Shown one piece after another: positions 1 through 9,442 of a stretch of 40,407 nucleotides of DNA. The notes under the pieces were generated by a model. The model was given only the letters and a program-made list of their open reading frames with translations, was not told where the DNA came from and made no database searches. A program made the translations under genes and the position numbers. How positions within the stretch are numbered: the stretch's first letter is position 1; every line of letters starts with the position of its first letter. The DNA is taken from the sequence record SRR2962707_3351; one strand, written 5' to 3'.

Positions 1-1095
1 AAAATGGTTATTTTGATGGACGATGAAGACCGCGAAAATGAAGGCGATTTGATCGTTGCAGCAGAATGCATTACTCCAGAAATCATTAACTTTATGGCGG
101 TTCATGCCCGTGGACTGATCTGCTTAACGCTGACTCCGCAGCGTTGCCAACAGCTGAATTTACCCTTGATGGTGAATGACAACGGCACGGTTTATGCGAC
201 CAACTTTACCCTCTCGATAGAAGCGGCAGAAGGCGTCACGACAGGGATTTCTGCGGCAGACCGAGCCTTGACGGTTAAGCGTGCCGTGATGGCGAACGCG
301 AAACCCTCTGATATTGTTCAGCCAGGTCATGTGTTCCCATTAATGGCACGTGCTGGTGGTGTATTAAGCCGTGCAGGACACACCGAAGCAGGCTGTGATT
401 TGGCTCGTATGGCAGGCTATGAAGGGGCTTCTGTGATCGTTGAAATAATCAATGATGATGGAACTATGGCGCGTCGACCAGATTTAGAGAAGTTTGCCGA
501 GAAACACGGCATAAAAATTGGTACAATTGCCGACCTGATACATTATCGTACGCTGAATGAGACCACAGTGGTTCGTGAAAACGAGCGTACCGTGCAAACT
601 GAAGCGGGCGAATTCAACCTAATTACCTATCGTGATACCGTTCAAGGCTTATCGCATCTTGCTTTTGTGAAAGGTGAGATTAAAGATGATGAGCCGAGTT
701 TAGTGCGTGTTCATGTGGCCGATCCTGCGCGTGATTTCGCAGGCATTATTTGTGAATCAGACGAACCACGTTGGTCGATGAGCAAATCACTTGAATACAT
801 AGGTAACGCTGGGCAAGGTGTGGTTGTGTTGATCGACAGCCCAGAGAAAACGAATGATTTAGCGAGCAGCTTCGAAGCGTCGTTATCTCCTCCAGCTGGA
901 AAAGGACCAGATAAAAGTGGTTCTGGTACCTATTTGACAGTCGGCACAGGGTCACAAATTTTGCGAGACCTTGGTATTCGTAAAATGCGTTTATTAAGCT
1001 CACCGAAGAAATTTTCGGTGACGGGCTTCGATTTAGAAGCGGTTGAATTTATTCCTTATCCGGGTGCAGACAATGCAGCCGTGAAACAAGATTAA
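1..1095 (+). CDS. ribB: 3,4-dihydroxy-2-butanone-4-phosphate synthase fused to a degenerate GTP cyclohydrolase II-like domain (RibBA/RibBX type); 5' end lies outside the window
   Basis: DHBPS motifs [34 protein letters not shown]. The C-terminal domain has a GCHII outline (VRVH...[16 protein letters not shown]) without the Zn cysteines. Lies upstream of ribH. Confidence 0.93.
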   Translation, partial: KMVILMDDEDRENEGDLIVAAECITPEIINFMAVHARGLICLTLTPQRCQQLNLPLMVNDNGTVYATNFTLSIEAAEGVTTGISAADRALTVKRAVMANAKPSDIVQPGHVFPLMARAGGVLSRAGHTEAGCDLARMAGYEGASVIVEIINDDGTMARRPDLEKFAEKHGIKIGTIADLIHYRTLNETTVVRENERTVQTEAGEFNLITYRDTVQGLSHLAFVKGEIKDDEPSLVRVHVADPARDFAGIICESDEPRWSMSKSLEYIGNAGQGVVVLIDSPEKTNDLASSFEASLSPPAGKGPDKSGSGTYLTVGTGSQILRDLGIRKMRLLSSPKKFSVTGFDLEAVEFIPYPGADNAAVKQD

Positions 1096-1106
1096 GAGAG
1101 ATGATA

Positions 1107-1583
1107 ATGAACGATATTACTACTTACGAAGGTAACTTCTCAGCACCAGGAGCGAAATTTGCGCTTGTCGTTGGTCGCTTTAACAGCTACATCGTTGAAA
1201 GTTTATTAGAAGGTGCTGTGGACACATTAGTGCGTCACGGTATTCGCAAAGAAGATTTAACCATTGTTCGTGCACCTGGTGCATTTGAAATTCCAGTGGT
1301 GGTAAAAAAAGTGGCTGACCAAGGAAAGCACGATGCCATTATCGCATTAGGTGCGGTCATTCGTGGTGGTACGCCACATTTTGAATATGTGGCTGGTGAG
1401 TGTGTGAAAGGCCTTGGCCAATTAGCGCTACAATATGGTATTCCGGTATCTTTCGGCGTGTTGACCGTAGATACCATTGAGCAGGCGATTGAGCGTGCGG
1501 GCACAAAAGCGGGTAACAAAGGGTCAGAAGCAGCAATTTCTGCCCTAGAAACCGTGGCTGTCCTACGTAGTCTGGATAACTGA
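1107..1583 (+). CDS. ribH: 6,7-dimethyl-8-ribityllumazine synthase
   Basis: [38 protein letters not shown] motifs. Start is ATG 1107 (1101 also possible). Confidence 0.97.
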   Translation: MNDITTYEGNFSAPGAKFALVVGRFNSYIVESLLEGAVDTLVRHGIRKEDLTIVRAPGAFEIPVVVKKVADQGKHDAIIALGAVIRGGTPHFEYVAGECVKGLGQLALQYGIPVSFGVLTVDTIEQAIERAGTKAGNKGSEAAISALETVAVLRSLDN

Positions 1584-1591
1584 GGCAGAAA

Positions 1592-2092
1592 ATGAGCGAA
1601 GTGGAAACAACAAACGACCAAAACCCAGCACCGAAACGTAAGGCGAAAAAACCTTCACGTTCTCAAATGCGCAGTGCTTCTCGTCGTTTGGCATTACAGG
1701 CGATTTACCAATGGCAGATGAATCATTCCGCTGTCAGTGAGATCGAAACACAGTTCACCCTAGACCAAGACATGAGCGATTGTGATAAGGCCTACTTCCG
1801 TGAATTGTTGCAGGGCGTGACTAGCCGTGCGAAAAAACTAGATGATTTGTTTGAAGAGCTGCTAGACCGTTCTTTGAGCGAACTAGACTCTATTGAGCTT
1901 GCCGTGATGCGCATCGGTGCGTTTGAGTTATCTGAGCGTTTGGATGTTCCATATCGTGTTGTTATCAACGAAGGCGTTGAGCTGGCGAAAGGATTTGGCG
2001 CGACAGAAAGCCACAAATACGTAAATGGTATTCTTGATAAGCTTGCCCAGCGTGTTCGTCGCGAAGAAATTGCCGCACGTCGTAATAGCTAA
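1592..2092 (+). CDS. nusB: Transcription antitermination factor NusB
   Basis: RRLALQAIYQW, VPYRVVINEGVELAK, SHKYVNGILD; follows ribH. Confidence 0.97.
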   Translation: MSEVETTNDQNPAPKRKAKKPSRSQMRSASRRLALQAIYQWQMNHSAVSEIETQFTLDQDMSDCDKAYFRELLQGVTSRAKKLDDLFEELLDRSLSELDSIELAVMRIGAFELSERLDVPYRVVINEGVELAKGFGATESHKYVNGILDKLAQRVRREEIAARRNS

Positions 2093-2205
2093 AATATCGT
2101 CTTATGGTCATGGTGGGCGTGGGTAATAATACGATCGCCTTGCCCGTTTTGATGCTGTATGAGCGATGTGAGTCAATAAGATAACGCCATTATAAAATGG
2201 CAAAT

Positions 2206-2250
2206 AGCCCCCGCAGGATGACTGAAAAGTGATCGTGCGGGGGCTTTTTT
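2206..2250 (+). terminator. Rho-independent terminator downstream of nusB
   Basis: AGCCCCCGCA...TGCGGGGGCT stem followed by a T run. Confidence 0.75.
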
Positions 2251-2534
2251 ATGGCCAACACTTGCCTTAGGGACAAGCGGTAAAATAAGGCGTCAATAAC
2301 GGGCTCTCTTAATGTCTTGGATGGCGTTAATAGATAAGATAATGGCGGTGTTAGTCGATGTGCTTTTAGATGTGGGTTATAGACTGAAAAATGCCACCTT
2401 CACTAGGATAAATGGTCTTTTGACGTCCCCTTAGTGGTTGCATCGACGGTGATAGATTACGTTTTTAGCCTGCTCACCAGGAGCTAAAGACGAGCCATTG
2501 TTTATAAATCAAATGCGTGTTGATAGGGATGTTT

Positions 2535-3830
2535 ATGGTTCAAGTCTTATTGCGGGTCTGGGCTTTGTTGCTGGGTATTGTCCTGATTATGTTGGGCAAT
2601 GGTATGCAATTCACGCTCATTGGATTGCGTGGCGGAATCGAAGGCTTCTCAGCAGCGGAGCTGGCGATCATCACCTCTGGCTATTATATGGGCTTTTTAT
2701 TAGGCGCCCGTTTTTCACCTTTATTGATCCTTCGTGTTGGGCATGTACGAGTGTTTGCGGCGCTTGGCAGCTTTATGTCCGCCGGTGTGATTGCTTTGCC
2801 GTTGCTCGCAGAGCCTTGGGCTTGGACGATATTGCGTTTGCTGTTGGGGTTTTGTATGTCGGGTATTTATGTGGTGGCAGAGAGCTGGTTGAACGCCGCC
2901 GCGAGTAATGACACACGAGGTAAGGTGCTGTCAGCTTACATGATTGCCCAAACGCTTGGTGTTATCGGTGCTCAAGGATTATTAGGCTTTGGTGATGCGA
3001 GCAATTCTGCACTCTTTATTGGTGCTTCTATATTGGTGTCTATTTCTTTTGCGCCGATTCTGTTATCGGTCACATCGGTGCCGGTTGTGGAAGTAACCAA
3101 GCCAATGTCTTTAGCTACGCTCTTTGCTGGATCCCCATTAGGGACGGTAGGTATTTTTCTGTTGGGTGGAGCGTATGCGGTGCAAACAGGGATGGGGGCC
3201 GTTTTTGGTAGCCAAATTGGTATGACGGCGAACAATATTGCTCTGTTTGTGGCTGTCTTGTTTGTCGGCGCGCTTATTCTCCAATACCCCATAGGATGGC
3301 TGTCTGATCGGGTGGATCGGAGTAAGTTAATCCTTGGTTTGTCGTGTGTTGGCGGCATTTTTTGTGTGATGGGCTGGTATTTTGGCGATGTTTTTTGGGT
3401 GCTAATGGTCACCGCTTTCTTTTCTGGTGGGGTGACTGTGCCGCTTTATTCGCTGTTTCTTGCATACACAAATGACTCCTTATCCACCGATGATATGCCA
3501 GCAGCGTCAGGCGGTTTGGTGTTTACCTTTGGGTTGGGTGCCATCGGCGGGCCTCTCGTTAGTGGTTGGATGATGCAAACGTTTGGCCCCTTTGTGTTCT
3601 GGTTGGTGCTGGCGGTGACCTTTGCCGCCATCGCTTGTTATGCCTTGTATTGCATGACGCAACAAGGGGTTGTGGTGCCCGTCGAAGAAACCGACAGTTA
3701 TTTGGGCGTGTTACCAACAGCGACGGCGGTCGCAGTAGAAGCGGCTGGGGAGTGGGCGGTTGAGCACAGTGAAGCCGAAGCTGAAGCCGAAGCTGAAGCT
3801 GAAAAAGAAGAGCGTGATCAAGACGGTTAG
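2535..3830 (+). CDS. MFS transporter (YcaD/YbfB-like), substrate unknown
   Basis: About 12 hydrophobic segments; GHVRVFAAL, VVAESWLN and PIGWLSDRVDR motifs. ATG 2535 chosen after an AGGG SD-like sequence. Confidence 0.88.
   Translation: MVQVLLRVWALLLGIVLIMLGNGMQFTLIGLRGGIEGFSAAELAIITSGYYMGFLLGARFSPLLILRVGHVRVFAALGSFMSAGVIALPLLAEPWAWTILRLLLGFCMSGIYVVAESWLNAAASNDTRGKVLSAYMIAQTLGVIGAQGLLGFGDASNSALFIGASILVSISFAPILLSVTSVPVVEVTKPMSLATLFAGSPLGTVGIFLLGGAYAVQTGMGAVFGSQIGMTANNIALFVAVLFVGALILQYPIGWLSDRVDRSKLILGLSCVGGIFCVMGWYFGDVFWVLMVTAFFSGGVTVPLYSLFLAYTNDSLSTDDMPAASGGLVFTFGLGAIGGPLVSGWMMQTFGPFVFWLVLAVTFAAIACYALYCMTQQGVVVPVEETDSYLGVLPTATAVAVEAAGEWAVEHSEAEAEAEAEAEKEERDQDG
3771..3803 (+). repeat. Hexamer tandem repeat (GAAGCY)x5 encoding an (EA)n tract in the MFS tail
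   Basis: gaagccgaagctgaagccgaagctgaagctgaa. Confidence 0.8.
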
Positions 3831-3901
3831 CATCAGAGTGTTAGATAAATTGCTGACGTTTTGCAGTATTATAGGGCGACTTATATTAACGATAGATAGC
3901 A

Positions 3902-4198
3902 ATGACCATTCCGATTAAAAATGTCACCGTCCCTGAAGTCTCGTGCTCCAATTGCGAGGCCTGTTGCTGTCGTCTAGAAGTGATGATCATTACCGATACT
4001 GGCGTTCCTGAAAAACACATTTCTGTGGATGAATGGGGCGCTGAAACCATGCTGCGTTTAGACGATGGTTGGTGTTCGGCGGTCGACCGTGAAACCTTAA
4101 TGTGTACCATCTATGAAAATCGTCCTTGGATCTGCCGAGAATTCGAGATGGGTTCCTATGAGTGTTTGGATGAAAGGGCTGAGATTTTAGGTCGTTAA
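3902..4198 (+). CDS. YkgJ-family cysteine-cluster (CxxCxxCC) protein
   Basis: CSNCEACCC, and CTIYENRPWICR near the C-terminus. Confidence 0.88.
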   Translation: MTIPIKNVTVPEVSCSNCEACCCRLEVMIITDTGVPEKHISVDEWGAETMLRLDDGWCSAVDRETLMCTIYENRPWICREFEMGSYECLDERAEILGR

Positions 4199-4370
4199 CG
4201 CCGAATCAAAGTAACGATCCACAACCTGCTTTGCGCGTTTTCGAGTCGCAGCTGTCGCGCCAATGGGGTATCCTCTTTACGGATCAATGGCAGCCTCTAT
4301 AAAGATCAGTATGAAGCAGATATGGGGCTGTCATTAAGGCATTACGTCGTATCAGAAAAAGGGCATTCTA

Positions 4371-5321
4371 TTGAAAGAATTTGAGTTAATACAAAACATC
4401 TTTCAAGCGTCAATGATGGCCAACACACAGGGTCGTGACGATATTCTAGTTGGCATTGGAGATGATTGTGCTCAGGTGGCTGTGCCCTTGGGACAAAGCT
4501 TGGTTTTTTCCATGGATACCTTGGTGGAAGGGCGTCATTTTCCAATCGACGCGGACCCGGTGGATATTGGTTATCGGGCCGTGGCAACGTGTGTAAGTGA
4601 TTTGGCGGCGATGGGCGCGAAACCTGCGTTCTTTACGCTGGCATTGACGATACCGGAATCAGACCCACAATGGCTCGCAGGGCTTGCGCAAGGCATGGCC
4701 GAATTGGCGGAGCCGATTGGCTTGATTCTCGTCGGTGGAGACACCACCAAAGGCCCATTAACTCTGACTCTACAGGTTCATGGCTACGTAGAAGCCGATC
4801 AGGTGCCGTTGCGTTCCCATGCCAAGGTGGGCGATGACATTTATGTGACTGGATTACTGGGCGATGCCTCCGCTGCTGTCCCTATTGTGACGGGTGAGGT
4901 GCAAGTCTCCAGTGAGCGTTTTGATTACTTTTATGATCGCTTTTGGCGCCCTACACCGCGCCTTATTGCCGGTATGGCGTTGAAGAGAGTCGTGCACGCC
5001 ATGATGGATATTTCCGATGGACTGGCGCAAGACCTTCAGCACATCGCCAAAGCCTCTAACGTTGGGGTCATGCTTGATGCTCACGCGTTGCCTATTTCTG
5101 ATATCTTGTGTCAGTGGCAACCAGACGCCGCGATTGCGTTGGCCTTAACGGGCGGCGACGATTATGAACTTTGCTTTACCGCTGCTCCTGAAATGGCTGA
5201 AGAAATTGCCTTGATCACACAAACGCTGCATTTGCCTTGTACTAAAGTGGGGCGCATTGTGGAATCAGGCTTTGAAATCGATGGTTATCATGGCGAGCGT
5301 CACGGCTGGCAACATTTTTAA
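4371..5321 (+). CDS. thiL: Thiamine-monophosphate kinase
   Basis: EFELI, GIGDDCA, SDLAAMGA, GGDTTKGPL, DISDGL, GGDDYEL; TTG start. Confidence 0.96.
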   Translation: MKEFELIQNIFQASMMANTQGRDDILVGIGDDCAQVAVPLGQSLVFSMDTLVEGRHFPIDADPVDIGYRAVATCVSDLAAMGAKPAFFTLALTIPESDPQWLAGLAQGMAELAEPIGLILVGGDTTKGPLTLTLQVHGYVEADQVPLRSHAKVGDDIYVTGLLGDASAAVPIVTGEVQVSSERFDYFYDRFWRPTPRLIAGMALKRVVHAMMDISDGLAQDLQHIAKASNVGVMLDAHALPISDILCQWQPDAAIALALTGGDDYELCFTAAPEMAEEIALITQTLHLPCTKVGRIVESGFEIDGYHGERHGWQHF

Positions 5322-5382
5322 AGACTTGATAGCGATGGTTATCAACTTTGTATTTAGATTTTAATAAACACGGAAAAGATTC

Positions 5383-5865
5383 ATGGCTCATCCTGTTCCT
5401 CGTTCAATTTGGCGTAATCCCATTCATTTTTTGGCGTTTGGCTTAGGGTCTGGCGCTGCGCCAAAAGCCCCAGGCACATTTGGTACTTTGGCTGCGGTCA
5501 TTCCATTCTTTTTTGTTCTGCAACATCTGACGGATCAAGCGTATTTAGTAATGCTGATCGTCACCTCTTTAGTCGGCATTTACTTGTGCCACAAAACGGC
5601 CAAAGACCTCGGCGTGCATGATCACTCTGGTATCGTTTGGGATGAATTTGTCGGTTACTGGATTACCATGTGGCTAGCACCAGCAGGTTGGTTTTATATT
5701 GTGCTGGGCTTTGTGCTATTTCGCTTATTTGATATTTTGAAACCTTGGCCGATTTCTTGGTTGGACAAAAATGTTCATGGTGGTTTCGGTATTATGGTGG
5801 ACGATATTCTAGCGGGCGTGATGTCATTCGTTGTGCTGCAAGCCTTGGTACACTTTGTTTTTTAG
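5383..5865 (+). CDS. pgpA: Phosphatidylglycerophosphatase A
   Basis: APGTFGT, HDHSGIVWDEFVG, FRLFDILKPWPI, GIMVDDILAG. Confidence 0.96.
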   Translation: MAHPVPRSIWRNPIHFLAFGLGSGAAPKAPGTFGTLAAVIPFFFVLQHLTDQAYLVMLIVTSLVGIYLCHKTAKDLGVHDHSGIVWDEFVGYWITMWLAPAGWFYIVLGFVLFRLFDILKPWPISWLDKNVHGGFGIMVDDILAGVMSFVVLQALVHFVF

Positions 5866-5904
5866 TGCCTAGAAACCTGCTGTTTCTTTGTTATGGTTAG
5901 ATTT

Positions 5905-5940
5905 AAAAGCCACCATTCGCTAAGCGTATGATGGCTTTTT
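5905..5940. terminator. Bidirectional terminator between convergent pgpA and the SDR gene
   Basis: AAAAGCCA...TGGCTTTTT inverted repeat. Confidence 0.7.
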
Positions 5941-5968
5941 AATGTTGTCTTTTTTGTTTGCTAAACGA

Positions 5969-6748
5969 TTAGCGATAGACCATGCCGCCATCGATTAATG
6001 GGGCTTGCCCTGTCATATAATCCGAGTCTGGGCCGGCAAGATACGCGACAAAGTTAGCGACATCTTCAGGTGTTTGCGCCCGTCCAAGCGCAATCCCTTC
6101 AACATATTTTTTGTAGGTTTCACCTTCGGGAACACCAGTAATTTCGGAAAAACGCTTATCAATCTCAACCCACATATCTGTCCCTACGACACCTGGGCAA
6201 TACGCATTGACGGTAATGCCTTGGCTTGCGTACTCTTGCGCAGCGGCTTGGGTTAACGCACGTACGGCAAATTTTGTTGCTGAGTACACGCCGAGCAAGG
6301 CAAAACCATTATGACCAGCAATGGAAGAGGCGTTGATTATTTTGCCTTTCTGCTTGCGCTCTATGAACTTTTTCGCCGCCGCTTGAATCCCCCAAAGCGT
6401 ACCTCCAACGTTTACTTGTTGGATTTTTTCAAACTCTTCTGGGGTGACGTCTGTAATGGCTTGAACCTGTGCAATGCCAGCGTTGTTTACCATGATATCA
6501 AAGCCATCTAAGACTTTTTCAGCGTGATCGACTGCCGCATAAACTTGTTTTTGGTCACTTATATCCGCTGTAAAAATGGCTGTCTTACGACCTAATGCTT
6601 CTATTTTTCGTGCCACCGCTAGAATTTTTTCTTCGTTTAAATCAACCAACGCAATATCCGCACCTTCCTTTGCTAGGCGAAGTGCAATAGCTCGTCCAAT
6701 GCCCTGTCCTGCACCTGTTACAAGTGCGACCTTACCGTGTAATGACAT
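5969..6748 (-). CDS. Acetoin (diacetyl) reductase / 2,3-butanediol dehydrogenase, SDR family (BudC/ButA-like)
   Basis: [48 protein letters not shown]. Confidence 0.88.
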   Translation of the reverse strand: MSLHGKVALVTGAGQGIGRAIALRLAKEGADIALVDLNEEKILAVARKIEALGRKTAIFTADISDQKQVYAAVDHAEKVLDGFDIMVNNAGIAQVQAITDVTPEEFEKIQQVNVGGTLWGIQAAAKKFIERKQKGKIINASSIAGHNGFALLGVYSATKFAVRALTQAAAQEYASQGITVNAYCPGVVGTDMWVEIDKRFSEITGVPEGETYKKYVEGIALGRAQTPEDVANFVAYLAGPDSDYMTGQAPLIDGGMVYR

Positions 6749-6993
6749 AACTGACTCCTTGTGGGTATGATTCAGGCAATATTGCTTGTGAGAAGGCTGT
6801 TTGTTTTATAAGCCATCCGTTGGGTTTGAGTTTACAGCTCTTATAGAGGGTGGGATTAGATGTAGATCAATAAATGAACAGATTGTCAGGTAAGTTTTAA
6901 TGGCGCTACTCAACGTATGGGTTAGAGCGCTATTTAAAGGCAAGTTATGTTTTAATTCACATCATCATGATATTAAACAGAGTGTTTATCTAA

Positions 6994-7440
6994 ATGTATG
7001 CAATAGAAGCAAAAGACGTTTTGAGGTATTTTTTGGGGGACTGGAAAGTACAGCGCACGATTTCGGGATTTGGGGAGATCCCTGGGGAAGCCAGTTTTCA
7101 TCGCCATGCGGACAATAAACAATGGCTGGACTATCAAGAAGCCATGGTTTTGCCGAATTCAGATCAGCAAAAGCCCAATGCATTTCGCCGCTACAGTTAC
7201 CGGATGACGGCGTCTGGCTTTGATATATTTTTCTCAGATGGGGCAACAAAAGGGGACTTGTTTTTGAGCTTTGCTTTTACCCAAGCCAGTACATTAACGT
7301 CTCATCACTTATGCATTAAAGATCATTACGACGCCACCTTTGAATTTCTCTCAGAGCATGAGTTTGCGCTGAGTTTTAGTGTGGTTGGTCCGAAAAAAGA
7401 TTATTCCATTAAGACTCGCTTTACTAAGCTGCAAGGGTAA
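6994..7440 (+). CDS. Hypothetical beta-barrel protein (DUF6314-like)
   Basis: GDWKVQRTI start, RRYSY, FFSDG, HLCIKDHY, VVGPKKDY. Family assignment is from memory. Confidence 0.65.
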   Translation: MYAIEAKDVLRYFLGDWKVQRTISGFGEIPGEASFHRHADNKQWLDYQEAMVLPNSDQQKPNAFRRYSYRMTASGFDIFFSDGATKGDLFLSFAFTQASTLTSHHLCIKDHYDATFEFLSEHEFALSFSVVGPKKDYSIKTRFTKLQG

Positions 7441-7486
7441 ATACCAAAGCCATTAGTGTCACTAAGCCTGATGCAGTTCTCTTTAG

Positions 7487-8293
7487 TCAATGATGGTCAT
7501 TGCGTTTTAAGTGCGTTTCAAAGCCGCGAATAATCAGCGATAAGGTCAGGGTTAGCACCAAATACATAAAGGCCACGACATTATAAGTCTCAAAAAATTG
7601 AAACGATGATGCGCTGAATATCTTGCCTAGCTGTGTGATGTCTTGCACACCCAGTACCGATACCAAGGCAGAGTCTTTGATCATGGCCACAAAGTCGTTG
7701 CCCAGTGGCGGCAGGATTTTTCGAATGGCTTGTGGAAAGGTAATAAAGCGGAAGCGTTGCCAGTTAGACAACCCAAGCGCCTGTGCCGCTTCGATTTGCC
7801 CTTTACCTACTTCTTGGATACCCGCTCGGAACACTTCTGCAATAAACGCACTGTAGCTAATGGATAACGCAAAAATAGCTCGCCACAACATACTGAAATC
7901 ACGGGTGCGCGCTTTTTCTAATACGCCCGCATCAATGGGTATTTGCAACACCCAGTTATAGAGTTTAACCAGTTCAGGTGCGCCCACAAAAGCGATATAA
8001 AACAATAAAACAAGAACCGGAATGCCACGAATGATTTCCACATAAAAACGGCTAAATTCTCGTATGGCTCGCCACCGAGAAAAGCCCGCTAAGGCAATCA
8101 GCAAGCCGATAATACTGGCCAGTAAAAAGGCGCTAAGGGTGACGCCCAGTGTGGTTAATAGGCCTTTACTTAATACCCCAGCAATACGCTGATAGCTTTG
8201 GTCTGCGACCATGTGCCAAAGTAGCGTTACAGAAATGATAATGGTTGCGACTAGCCACCAAGGCGTGCGTTCTAAGGTCTTTTTAAAGGGCAT
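7487..8293 (-). CDS. Polar amino acid ABC transporter permease (HisM/GlnP family)
   Basis: YVEIIRGIP, AEVFRAGI...GQIEAAQALGL EAA loop, PQA, KDSAL. ATG 8293 is preferred over the track start 8350, which lies inside a hairpin. Confidence 0.92.
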   Translation of the reverse strand: MPFKKTLERTPWWLVATIIISVTLLWHMVADQSYQRIAGVLSKGLLTTLGVTLSAFLLASIIGLLIALAGFSRWRAIREFSRFYVEIIRGIPVLVLLFYIAFVGAPELVKLYNWVLQIPIDAGVLEKARTRDFSMLWRAIFALSISYSAFIAEVFRAGIQEVGKGQIEAAQALGLSNWQRFRFITFPQAIRKILPPLGNDFVAMIKDSALVSVLGVQDITQLGKIFSASSFQFFETYNVVAFMYLVLTLTLSLIIRGFETHLKRNDHH

Positions 8294-8343
8294 AATGATC
8301 AAAATAGCTAGACCGCCGGATGGCGATCGGATGAATTCAAACA

Positions 8344-8375
8344 GAGCCATCGCGTTATGAATAACGCGATGGCTC
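8344..8375. promoter_or_regulatory. Perfect 15-bp intercistronic inverted repeat between the SBP and permease genes (mRNA stabiliser or partial terminator)
   Basis: GAGCCATCGCGTTAT-GA-ATAACGCGATGGCTC. Confidence 0.7.
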
Positions 8376-8382
8376 AGAAGGC

Positions 8383-9177
8383 TTAGTGGTGTTGATTGTA
8401 ATCAAAGAACCATTTTTGATTTAGCGCGTCCATTGTGCCATCTTTTTGCATGCTCTTAATCGCGGCGTTAATGGGTTGTCGCAGATCAGATCCCGGCGTC
8501 AGAATAAAGCCAAAATCTTCTGAGCCAAGTGGGCCGCCAACGATTTTAAAAGCGCCTGGGTTGGCGCCGATGTAACCACGAGCAGATGTCGCGTCCATTA
8601 ATACGCAGTCTACATCGCCAGTCTTTAGCGCTTGAACGGACGCGCCAAAGGTTTCGAGCAAGGTGATTCTTGGGTTATTTTCGTTGCCATCCAAAACATC
8701 GTACACCGCCACGTAAAAGTTTGTGGTGCCAGGTTGGGCGCCAAATTGAAGGTCTTTATTGGCGGCAAAGGATTTGGCATCATCAAAGCGATTTTCGTCG
8801 GCTCTTACCAGCATAAATTGTTGTGAGGTCATATATGGAATCGAAAAGTCGATTTGCTGCGCTCGTTCTGCATTGATCGTGATGCCATCCATACCAATGT
8901 CATATTGGCCTTGTTTCACCCCTTGGATCATGGTGTCCCAGCTGCTCAATTGCCAATCGACTTTGGCGTTTAGGCGATGAGCTATTTCGTTCATTGCATC
9001 GTATTCCCAACCAATGCCTTTACCTGTTTCTGGGTCTGCAAAGTTTAGTGGCGTGTAAGCATTTTCGGTTACCGCGACAATGGTGCGACCTTTTAAATCT
9101 GGTAAATTGTCTGCTTGGCTTAGTCCACTGAACGTAACAGCGACAGTAAGAGCAAGACATGAAATAAGAGATTTCAT
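8383..9177 (-). CDS. Polar amino acid ABC transporter substrate-binding protein (family 3)
   Basis: Signal peptide, AYTPLNF, ITINAERAQQIDFSIPY, C-terminal DGTMDALNQKWF. Confidence 0.92.
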   Translation of the reverse strand: MKSLISCLALTVAVTFSGLSQADNLPDLKGRTIVAVTENAYTPLNFADPETGKGIGWEYDAMNEIAHRLNAKVDWQLSSWDTMIQGVKQGQYDIGMDGITINAERAQQIDFSIPYMTSQQFMLVRADENRFDDAKSFAANKDLQFGAQPGTTNFYVAVYDVLDGNENNPRITLLETFGASVQALKTGDVDCVLMDATSARGYIGANPGAFKIVGGPLGSEDFGFILTPGSDLRQPINAAIKSMQKDGTMDALNQKWFFDYNQHH

Positions 9178-9442
9178 GAATGGTTGTCCTTCGAAGGCAA
9201 ATAATTAATGGAATGATCGATCATTTTGGTGAGATTATACACAGGTCAATAATAGTCGACTACGCCATCCTAATGAGAGTTAATCAATGATCGTTATATT
9301 GCGAGTTTAAACGAGGATTAAGTAGGGGTGAAGTGGCAACTTTTTGGCTAAAAGCGTATATTCCCTGCTTTATTAAGGTTCGTAACATCGCGACGCTGAT
9401 TGGTCAGATAGCGGCGTTTTTTTCTGAGAATATAAGGGTGCT

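Noticed and set aside
2093-2534. Known riboswitch (FMN, TPP, glycine) or tRNA in the long nusB-MFS spacer
   Set aside because: No recognisable consensus cores or cloverleaf; only hairpins.
2498-2908. 136-aa ORF overlapping the MFS start in another frame
   Set aside because: Out-of-frame overlap with a well-supported gene; no motif.
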